Shown: positions 10,458 through 20,800 of the stretch, piece by piece | Layout of the letters: each line of letters opens with the position of its first letter | Numbering within the stretch: the stretch's first letter is position 1 | Assembly: GCA_046497275.1 (NCBI GenBank) | Contig: JAWOFX010000089.1 | Span: forward strand, 55,166-87,165 | Origin: Promethearchaeia archaeon | Lineage (GTDB): Archaea; Asgardarchaeota; Lokiarchaeia; Sigyniarchaeales; SOKP01 | Direction: 5' to 3' | DNA: 32,000 bases | Notes under the pieces: model-generated | Database searches by the model: none | Seen by the model: only the letters and a program-made list of their open reading frames with translations | Told to the model about the DNA's origin: nothing | Program-made: the position numbers and the translations under genes

Positions 10458-10685
10458 ATGGGAATCAAATGGGAGGAAAATAATAATAAATATTTTGAGA
10501 TAAATTTAAGATCATAAAATTGAAGAATTTATTTAATCAGACATAAAAATTGATATAAACTAGACTAAATCAATTCTTAAAAGAAGTTTATCAATTCTAA
10601 AATTAAAAATCATACGAAAACCATTAAAATGACAGTCTTCCTTTTTTGGAAGAATTATAGAGAGATAATGGGAATTATATGGGAG
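10458..10685. promoter_or_regulatory. Two copies of an 18-bp operator-like motif ATGGGAAT-nnn-ATGGGAG in the gcvT/tpl divergent intergenic region
   Basis: ATGGGAATCAAATGGGAG at 10458-10475 and ATGGGAATTATATGGGAG at 10668-10685, 210 bp apart. The repeat is directly visible; the regulatory role is inferred. Confidence 0.45.
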
Positions 10686-10759
10686 TAGAACAACATTAAT
10701 TTATTTTGGAAATCATTCTTATTAATACTAGATTTTATACTTTAAATACTGAAAATTGA

Positions 10760-12142
<1,383 letters not shown>

Positions 12143-12215
12143 TCTTTTTAATTTAATTATTTCCCTTTCGGAACAATAAAAAAAGAAGAATTAGTAATTT
12201 AGATTTACCTTTATG

Positions 12216-12791
12216 TTATTCTGTTTTGAAATCTCTACCAATACTCCAAGCTCTTCCAATATGCTTGCCTAATTCCCAATAATTATTATCTTTCATAGAA
12301 AATATGATAGGATTCAATTTCTTTACATTTGGGATGTTATTTTCAATTATTTCTTCATCAGCATAGGCTTTTATTATCTCCCCAATGAATATATCATGTT
12401 GTATTTCAAGATTTACAATGTGTATTAATTTACATTCTAAATTAAGGGGAGCTTGAGAAATCATAGGACTTGTTTTTAATTCTCCATAAAACACTTCAAA
12501 TAATTCAGATTTATCTATATCCTTTCCAGATTTTATACCAATATAATCTGTAATTTCGAGCATATCTACAGAGGGAATATTTATACTAAAAGTGCCATTT
12601 TCCTTAATACCCTTATTAGTATGATGGTTTTTTGCCGCGGATATTGCAATCATAGGAGGAGAATATTCCACAATATTACACCACGCAATTGTCATAAAAT
12701 TAGGTTTTCCTTTTACATTCGCACCAACGATCGTAACAGGCATAGGATAAAGGTAGGCTCCAACTTTAATTTCTTTTTTCATTAACATCAC
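12216..12791 (-). CDS. Flavin reductase family FMN-binding split-barrel protein
   Basis: LYPMPVTIVGA, NFMTIAW, IKENGTFSINIP, GIKSG, APLNLECKL, HDIFIGEI. True start may be ATG 12782. Confidence 0.88.
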   Translation of the reverse strand: MMLMKKEIKVGAYLYPMPVTIVGANVKGKPNFMTIAWCNIVEYSPPMIAISAAKNHHTNKGIKENGTFSINIPSVDMLEITDYIGIKSGKDIDKSELFEVFYGELKTSPMISQAPLNLECKLIHIVNLEIQHDIFIGEIIKAYADEEIIENNIPNVKKLNPIIFSMKDNNYWELGKHIGRAWSIGRDFKTE

Positions 12792-13006
12792 TGATTGAAC
12801 TATTTTTGATTTTATATGTTATTTTTATTAATAAATATTTAATGTGTATATGTTAAAATAAAAAAATCTGTTTTTAGTGTTTAGGTTTATAATTTATGAT
12901 TAATAAATACTTGATTCTTGATAATTCTAAAATTTAATTTTCAAATAACTTTTTTGTTTAAATTAAAGATAAAAAGAATATATAATCTAAATGGCTTTCA
13001 TAAATT

Positions 13007-13897
13007 ATGATAAGAAAAGTAGAATTAGGAAATACCGGGGAAAAAATATCAGTTATTGGTCAAGGAACATGGGGGATTTCAGGATTCTTCAAAGATAAAG
13101 AATATTATGAACAATGGAAAAAATCATTGAGAACTGGTATTGAACTTGGAATGACTCATATAGATACCGCAGAAATTTACGGATTGGGAAAATCAGAAGA
13201 AATTATAGGTCAAATCATTAATGAATATAATCGAGATGACTTATTTATTACGAGTAAATTATTCCCAATGCATTTTAGAAGAAAGACGATGAAGAAGGCA
13301 GCCAACAAAAGTCTAAATCGTTTAGATATTAATAACTTTGATTTGTATTTAATTCATTTGCCAAACCCTTTAGTATCCATAGAAAAACAAATGGAGGTTC
13401 TTGAGGAATTAGTAAAAGAGGGTAAAACTCGATATATTGGAGTAAGTAATTTTTCTATCGAAAAATTTAAAGAAGGGCAAAGCTATCTTAAAAAAGAGGA
13501 ATTAGTGAATAACCAGCTAAAAGCAAATATAGTTGAGCAGAAACACATCTATCAATCCCTTCCATACTATCAAAAAGAAAATATTACAATGACGGCCTAT
13601 TCACCCTTAGGACATAAGGGTCTTACTGATATTGAAGGTTCAATTAACTCCAAACTTGAAAAGATTGCAGAAAAACATAATGCAACCATTCAGCAAATCG
13701 CAATTGCTTGGTTAATAAATCATAAAAATATAATAACGATACCCAAAGCATTTCAAGAAAAGCATGTTAAAGAAAATGCTGAAGCAGCTTCAATTTTATT
13801 AAGCAAGAAGGAGATTCGAATATTTTACGAGAAAATGTTAAATTTAAATCTAAGGAATGAGCTAAAAGATTCTGGTGAAATAAATTATACCAAATAG
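13007..13897 (+). CDS. Aldo/keto reductase
   Basis: IGQGTW, HIDTAEIYG, LFITSK, DLYLIH, IGVSNF, AYSPLG, QIAIAWL, IPKA. Confidence 0.93.
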   Translation: MIRKVELGNTGEKISVIGQGTWGISGFFKDKEYYEQWKKSLRTGIELGMTHIDTAEIYGLGKSEEIIGQIINEYNRDDLFITSKLFPMHFRRKTMKKAANKSLNRLDINNFDLYLIHLPNPLVSIEKQMEVLEELVKEGKTRYIGVSNFSIEKFKEGQSYLKKEELVNNQLKANIVEQKHIYQSLPYYQKENITMTAYSPLGHKGLTDIEGSINSKLEKIAEKHNATIQQIAIAWLINHKNIITIPKAFQEKHVKENAEAASILLSKKEIRIFYEKMLNLNLRNELKDSGEINYTK

Positions 13898-13949
13898 TAT
13901 ATTAACTTATTTTTAAAAGAATTTAAATAATTAAAGATTCTAAGAATTC

Positions 13950-14474
13950 TTATTCTTTGGAATTTTTTCTATTAAAGCGATCTGTTCTTTTTTGAATTCT
14001 TTTTTGTCTTATTAAAATGTCTTCAATAGCTCTTATTTCTGCTCTGGTTTTTACTTCTGTATCTTTTTTTAATCTCTCAAAAATATATTTTTCATTCATT
14101 CCAAGATTATATAAATCAATAATTGTTTCAATTACATCTTTATTGTAAAAGACATAACGATTATTTAAATTTGATATTAACCAATCTTCTCTATTATTCT
14201 TTTTTGATAAATTTGCCATTTCTTCTTGAACTTCCTCAATAGTACATTTAAATTTTTCAGCGATTATTTTATCATCCGCAACTCTATTTTTTTTCATATA
14301 ATTCACTAATCTTGATTTGAAAGTAAGAGATGGGAAATGCAAGGCAAAAATAATAACTATAAATATAAAACCTAACCATATAGCTAATATTCTATCAAAA
14401 AAAAAAATTACAATAACCACAATAATAAGTAAATAAGATAAGTAATATTTGATAGATTTAAAATGAACTTTCAT
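13950..14474 (-). CDS. Hypothetical membrane protein: two N-terminal TM helices plus a cytoplasmic winged-helix/HTH-like region
   Basis: Hydrophobic segments at about aa 10-26 and 28-47. DKIIAEKFKCTIEEVQEEMANL followed by a beta-hairpin (WLISNLNNRYVFY) fits a winged-helix pattern, and a second helical unit follows at aa 112-160. Fold call is by eye. Confidence 0.6.
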   Translation of the reverse strand: MKVHFKSIKYYLSYLLIIVVIVIFFFDRILAIWLGFIFIVIIFALHFPSLTFKSRLVNYMKKNRVADDKIIAEKFKCTIEEVQEEMANLSKKNNREDWLISNLNNRYVFYNKDVIETIIDLYNLGMNEKYIFERLKKDTEVKTRAEIRAIEDILIRQKRIQKRTDRFNRKNSKE

Positions 14475-14587
14475 ACCTTTAACCTCACTATTAAAATAAG
14501 TATATTTTTGACCTTATAATCTTATCTTAATTCATTAGTATGATAGATAATATTATAAAAGCGAAGTAATATAAGCCTTGATTTGAA

Positions 14588-16189
14588 TTAATGAAAAGAA
14601 ATTATATCTTCTTTAGAAGAATCCTTATCTATATCATCATCTTTAAATATAGCTTCTAATTTATTAATAGCATTTTCAATCATCTCAAATTTGGTTAAAT
14701 ATTTCTCCAATAAAGCAGTAAAATTATTGATATTAATATCATTATTTTCATATAATGTTTTTAATTCCTTAATCATTCGACCAGTTGCGGCTTTTTCGTT
14801 TTTCAGTTTTTCTATTTTATTTAATCTTAGATCTGTTTCTTTTTTGAAATCTTGATAATTCTTATATCTCTTAAATTCCAGGATCTTTGTTGGATATTTT
14901 GTCAAGAATTCTATTGTACGGGGGATCATATAGGCTATGTTTTCAGGGACAATAATTATTGGATCTGGATCTTGAATAGTAAAAGCGATATCTTTATCAA
15001 TTATTTCAACATCATTTTCCAGAATATTTTCGTTCACTATTGATAAATTTATTTGTAAATTTTGTCTTTCTTCATCGGTTAAGTTTTCTATATTATCTAA
15101 TATATCTTCCCAAACCTCTTCTGCTTGGTAAAAATAATAATTAGCTTTCTCTTGAAGTTTTCTCTTCCTTTCTTGATTTCTATATGAATGCGATAATGAT
15201 ATTCCTCTTGATTTTAAAAAACACGCTTTTCCCATATCATAATTATATTGTGCTCTAATTTTTTGATATTTTTTAGGACTATATTCTTTTAGATGTAATA
15301 GTCTTTGTGATAATGTGCTAAGTCCAGAATATAATTTCGATGAATAAAAAAAGTTTCTTTTATTTTCTTCTCGCATAGCGACTTTGCTTTGAGCTATTAA
15401 TCTAGCTTCTTCTGATTTAAATTCAAGTTCTTCAGGATTTAAAGAAGATCCGATATATTCTTGGCGAGTACACGCTCTACTAAAATATGATGCTGTTTTA
15501 TATGCTCTACTACACTCCACCATCGCAATAATGGAATTATTTAAATCGTTTGCGTTTTCAAATTTTTTAGAAAATTTATTATATAAATGTGCTAGAACCC
15601 ATAAAGCACGAGAACATTCAAACATGATATCCCAAATTTCAATTTCTTTTTGTTCGATAGGATCATAAAATTTGGGTGTTAATTCTAATTCCTTAAGAAT
15701 TTTTATTTGACTCTGGGTTTTATAATTTACGTTTAATAATTTAATATATTTGATAAATTGTTTAAGCTCATCCATAGTACAATTTAGATCAATTTTTTCT
15801 AACTCAATTTCTAAATCCTTAATTTTATGATGATAAAAACGTATTTTTTGCATATATTCTAAAGGAAACCACGGTTCTGGTAAATTTTGGTTTTCTTTAT
15901 GGTTTTTATATTCTTCCGGTATCTTTATAGTTTTATATGAGTTTTGAGATTTAGATTTTGATATAACACTATTGATTATATATTGTTCTTCATTTTGACT
16001 TACAGTTTTTGTCAAACTTTTTGCCGTTTTAATATATTTCTCCGCAGATTTCCTAGGAATTCCTTTAATTTTTGATAAATCATCTATATTAATCTGGGCT
16101 AATTTCTTAACAGAATGGATGCCCGCATTTCTCAACCTCTCAGCAGTGGCTTTGCTTAAACCTTTTATATCTTCTAATCTTTGAATCAT
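14588..16189 (-). CDS. Multidomain protein: tandem helix-hairpin-helix + Bro1-like helical domain + steadiness-box-like (ESCRT-I core) hairpin
   Basis: The CDS is clear (533 aa, ATG start). HhH motifs LEDIKGLSKATAERL and LSKIKGIPRKSAEKY. Bro1-like motifs FYD-x13-FECSRALWVLAHLY, LNPEELEF-x8-AQ, SKL, and END near the domain end. C-terminal aa 458-511 has steadiness-box spacing. Confidence refers to the domain call. Confidence 0.65.
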   Translation of the reverse strand: MIQRLEDIKGLSKATAERLRNAGIHSVKKLAQINIDDLSKIKGIPRKSAEKYIKTAKSLTKTVSQNEEQYIINSVISKSKSQNSYKTIKIPEEYKNHKENQNLPEPWFPLEYMQKIRFYHHKIKDLEIELEKIDLNCTMDELKQFIKYIKLLNVNYKTQSQIKILKELELTPKFYDPIEQKEIEIWDIMFECSRALWVLAHLYNKFSKKFENANDLNNSIIAMVECSRAYKTASYFSRACTRQEYIGSSLNPEELEFKSEEARLIAQSKVAMREENKRNFFYSSKLYSGLSTLSQRLLHLKEYSPKKYQKIRAQYNYDMGKACFLKSRGISLSHSYRNQERKRKLQEKANYYFYQAEEVWEDILDNIENLTDEERQNLQINLSIVNENILENDVEIIDKDIAFTIQDPDPIIIVPENIAYMIPRTIEFLTKYPTKILEFKRYKNYQDFKKETDLRLNKIEKLKNEKAATGRMIKELKTLYENNDININNFTALLEKYLTKFEMIENAINKLEAIFKDDDIDKDSSKEDIISFH

Positions 16190-16522
16190 TTACAAACTAA
16201 ATAAGATTGGATCACATTAAGTAAATTTTATCAAAACTTTGTATTTAAAATTAATTGATCTCATAAGCATTGAGTTTTAATAATAGTCTGAGTGATGGGA
16301 AGAAGACTTAAAAACGGATAAAAGAATAATTTTCCCTCTCTTATTACCCAATTTGAGAATCTTACCAATAATAATAAAATAGAATTTTTAAAATATAAAA
16401 AGAAAAGAAGAATGTTAACAATAAACCAGTGATCGAGGTTAATCATTTTTAGATCAAGGTCGATCACCCAGCAAACTTAAAAGTATATCAATAATTATTG
16501 CATTCAACTGGCGAAATAATTA

Positions 16523-17233
16523 TTAATTAATTCGGGAATTGGGGATTTCTGGAACATGACGTTCATGTGCCAATATGTGATCAAACTCACAACCTTGCCA
16601 GGTCGTTTTAATTTCAAAATCTACTTCTTTTTCTGGATGCTGTTGACCATCTGGATCAGATGTACTATCTAGACATACAGAATTATCACAGCTCGTATCA
16701 AATGTGACATTCCATAATTCAACACAACATTCATCAGATTCGCAATCCCATCCGAGATATGTCCAATCTAAAGACCAGCCAACCCATTGACCGGTACATG
16801 GATTTTTAACTATATCGCCATATTGTGAAACAGTAAGCATACCACCAGTTAAGTCATAACCACCTTTAACTTCATATAGTAAGTATTTACCTTCAGCCCA
16901 TTCTGGGGTGAGACAAATAGGTAATGGTCCTTCTAAATTATCATCAATTAATTCAACATAACCTGGCTCAACTGCAAAAGATTCATGAGTATATTGATCT
17001 ATTTGCACGTTGTCACACTCCAGATATATATCGGATGGATCAGTTAAAAGATCTATCTGATTATTCTTTTTCATATGGGAAGATACCCCTTTTTGTTCGA
17101 GGGAATCTTTGTTGAAAAAGAAAATATTTCCATTAATTCCCGATGCGAATGCTATGAAAACTGATACTATTAGCAACAACAGAATCCCAGCAAAGATTAA
17201 TTGATATCTTTTATTGCTGTAGTCTATTTCCAT
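16523..17233 (-). CDS. Hypothetical secreted or membrane-anchored Cys-rich acidic protein
   Basis: 236 aa with one N-terminal hydrophobic segment (LIFAGILLLLIVSVFIAFASGI) after KR, then an acidic, Trp/Gly/Thr-rich region with 9 Cys. No family recognised. Confidence 0.65.
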   Translation of the reverse strand: MEIDYSNKRYQLIFAGILLLLIVSVFIAFASGINGNIFFFNKDSLEQKGVSSHMKKNNQIDLLTDPSDIYLECDNVQIDQYTHESFAVEPGYVELIDDNLEGPLPICLTPEWAEGKYLLYEVKGGYDLTGGMLTVSQYGDIVKNPCTGQWVGWSLDWTYLGWDCESDECCVELWNVTFDTSCDNSVCLDSTSDPDGQQHPEKEVDFEIKTTWQGCEFDHILAHERHVPEIPNSRIN

Positions 17234-17812
17234 TGCATATCATTTTAAGGTTTTTTTAAAACATCACCTTTGAATATTCGCTAGTTGAATTTCAATAATT
17301 TATGATGATAATCATATATATAAATTTTTTGAAAAAGTGAAGTTTTCATAGAATGTTTACTTGATCCAATTTCCCATGGTTGGTTTTCCAGAATCTATAA
17401 ATAATTGAGAATTTAATCGCAAATGCGCCCATCTTAAAATAAACGATATAAAAATATATTTAATAAAGACTCATTTACTTATTTTTTTAAAAAAAAGTCC
17501 AAATCTTGAGTCTTGAAAAAATTTTATAAAAATGATTATAAAAATATCATTTCTTCTTAATACTTATATAAGAAAGATAGAACAATATAATAGGTTAAAT
17601 TTCATAGTCTTTTTAAAGGGTTCAATTAGCTCTTTCAAAGATTCGAGTTAATTTGTCATATATATCTTTTTCTTCTTTTTCAAATGAAAAAAATGTGAAA
17701 GCAAATATTTTTATATCAACTTATAATGATTTTCTATACTTATTAAAGAGTTATTAATTGGTGAAATCCAATTAAATTGCTAACTTACAACTGGAGTAAT
17801 AAACCAATTTCA

Positions 17813-17826
17813 TTTTTTTTTTTTTT
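17813..17826 (+). repeat. T14 homopolymer tract
   Basis: 14 consecutive T ending 43 nt before the ATG at 17870. Confidence 0.9.
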
Positions 17827-17869
17827 ATTTAGTAAAATTCAAATTATAACTTAATGTTGGAGTGTCAGA

Positions 17870-20800
17870 ATGAGCCCCCAAGTGAAATTTAGAAAGACTA
17901 AACAGAACAGAATTATTTTTCTATTATTTTTAACTTTTTTCTGCTTTATCTTATTATTCACATCCAAAGAAAATATCGATCAGGCAAATTTTAGAACTCC
18001 AGAATTTTATTCAAATTTGAGAACTTCGAATGGAAATGTAAAACCAATATTTATAGATGGCAATTGGTCTGAGACTGTTGAAGCTTATAATTGGTGTTCA
18101 GGAACAGGAGAATTCGATGACCCGTATACTATTAAGGATATCAGTATCAATGGTAAAAATACTAGTTATTGTCTTTTTATTAACGACTCACAGGATGTAT
18201 TTTTTAAAATTCAAAATTGTACATTTTATAACTCTTCTTCGGAATTCCCTGCAATAATATTAAAAGATACCATTAATGGCACTTTAATTGATATTAATTG
18301 TGAATTTAATCAAGGTGGAGGAATTAAATTATCTGATTGCTCTAATATTACGCTAAACTTCATAAATTTTACTTATAATAGATTTGGGATTCTTTTAGAA
18401 AATGATTGTGTAAAAAACAACTTTACCAATATAAAAATATTACATAATTCCTTTTTCGGAATCAATATAACTCATTCGAGTTCTATTCAAAATAATTTTT
18501 ATGATAATGAATTTGTAAATAATACGATAAATGCAAACGATGATGGAAATAATAATATTTGGGATAATGGCACAATTGGGAATTTTTGGGATGATTACGG
18601 AGAATTTGGATATGATTTAAATGATGATGGGATTGGTGACATTCCCTATAATATAACAGGATCAGCAAACTCAAAAGATAATTATCCAATATGGGATGAT
18701 TGTGATGATTCATTTCCCAAATTAGTTGTAAATTCTCCATCTAATAATTCGAAAAGTAACACTCCTCCATTAATTAATGTAACAGTATATGATGAAAATC
18801 TTGATAAAATATGGTATGAAGTAAATGAGCAAATCGTATTTCTCGACAATAACAGTGAAAAATATTTAAAACAATCGATATGGGAATCCATAGGCAATGA
18901 AACCATATTTATCATTGATTTTTTTGCAAATGATACTGATGGGAATCTCAATGATTCAATTTCTTATTTGTTATATAAGGACCAGCTCAGCCCAAGACTC
19001 TTGATAGAGAATCCTGAAGATGGAGAAACATATAGTACTAAGCCGTCGATCAAGGCGGTTGTATACGATTTGAACTACGATGCACTCTGGTATGAAGTAA
19101 ACGGAGAGAGTGTGTTTCTCAATAATAATACTGAAGTCTTGTTGGATCAAATTATTTGGGATTCCATCGCTAATGAGACTTTGTTCACCATTAATTTTTT
19201 CGCCAATGATACCCTGGGGAATCTCAATGAATCAATTGCGTATACACTATACAAAGATGAACTGAGTCCTCGGTTGATCATAGAAAATCCGGAAGATGAG
19301 GGAACATACAATTCTAGACCCCCCATCAAGGTGATCGTCTATGATCTGAACTATGATTACCTTTGGTATGAAGTGAACGGGGAGATCGTGTTTCTTGAAA
19401 ATAATACAGAAGTCTTGTTGGATCAAAATATTTGGAACTCCATTGCCAATGAGACCGAGTTCACCATCGAATTTTTTGCCAATGATACGTTGGGAAACCT
19501 CAATGAATCCATTTCTTATTTGTTATATAAGGATGAACTTAGTCCACGATTACAAATAGAAAATCCTGAAGATGGGGAAACCTATAACTGTAGACCTCCG
19601 ATCGAAGTGATCGTCTATGATCCGAACTACGATGCACTCTGGTACGAAATTAATGGAGAGATCGTGTTCCTCAATAATAATACAGAAGTCTTGTTGGAAC
19701 AGTCGATCTGGGACTCAATTGCCAATGAGACCGAGTTCACCATTAATTTTTTCGCCAATGATACTCTGGGGAACCTCAACGAGTCGATTTCATATATTCT
19801 GTACAAGGATCAGCTCGGTCCACAATTATTCATAGAAGAGCCAGTTAATGGAGAAACTTATAGCAGTAGACCGCCCATCAAGGTGATCGTCTATGATCTG
19901 AATTATGATGCTCTTTGGTATGAAGTGAACGGAGAGATCGTGTTTCTTGACAATAACACACAAGTGCTGTTGGATCAAATTATCTGGGACTCCATTGCTA
20001 ATGAGACTTCGTTCACAATCGAGTTTTTCGCAAACGATACCTTGGGGAACCTCAATGAGTCGATTTCATATACTCTGTATAAGGATCAGCTCGGTCCACA
20101 GTTATTCATAGAGGAGCCAAATGATGGGGAAACCTATAGCAGTAGACCTCCGATCAAGGTTACTGTGTATGATCTGAACTATGATACCTGTTGGTATGAA
20201 GTAAACGGAGAAATCGTATTTCTTGACAATAACACACAAGTGCTATTAAAAGAGTCGATATGGGACTCCATTACCAATGAGACAGCATTTATTATTAGTT
20301 TTTTCGCCAATGATACTTTAGGAAATTTAAATCAGTCAATTATCTATACACTATATAAGGATGAATCTAGCCCAGGACTTTCCATAGAGGAACCGGTTAA
20401 TGGGGAAACCTATAGTACTATACCACCCATCAAGGTTACTGTGTATGATCTGAACTATGATGCGCTCTGGTATGAAGTAAATGGAGAGATTGTATTCCTC
20501 ATCAATAATACTGAAGTGCTGTTGGATCAAAATATTTGGGAATCCATTGCTAATGAAACTGCGTTCACTATTAGATTTTATGCCAATGATACCTTGGGGA
20601 ATCTCAATGATTCCATTTCTTATTTATTGTATAAGGATGAACTCTGTCCGCGGCTCCTCATAGAAAATCCTGAAGATGGGGAAACATATAGTAGTAGACC
20701 GCCCATCAAGGTTACTGTGTATGATCTGAACTATGATTCCCTATGGTATGAAGTGAACGGAGAAATCGTATTTCTAGAGAATAATACTGAAGTCTTGTTG

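Noticed and set aside
10302-10500. Glycine riboswitch upstream of gcvT
   Set aside because: The minus strand has an isolated GGAGA within a weak hairpin but lacks the CCGAAG and CUCUCAGG/CUUUCAGG elements of the aptamer.
14397-14407. A11 tract in the TM-WH gene as a phase-variation or frameshift site
   Set aside because: The frame is intact and the run simply encodes consecutive Phe codons in a TM helix; there is no evidence of slippage.
16261-16467. 68-aa minus-strand ORF between the Bro1-like and Cys-rich genes
   Set aside because: F/L/I-rich composition is expected from AT-rich non-coding DNA, and it has no motif. It cannot be fully excluded as a small membrane peptide.
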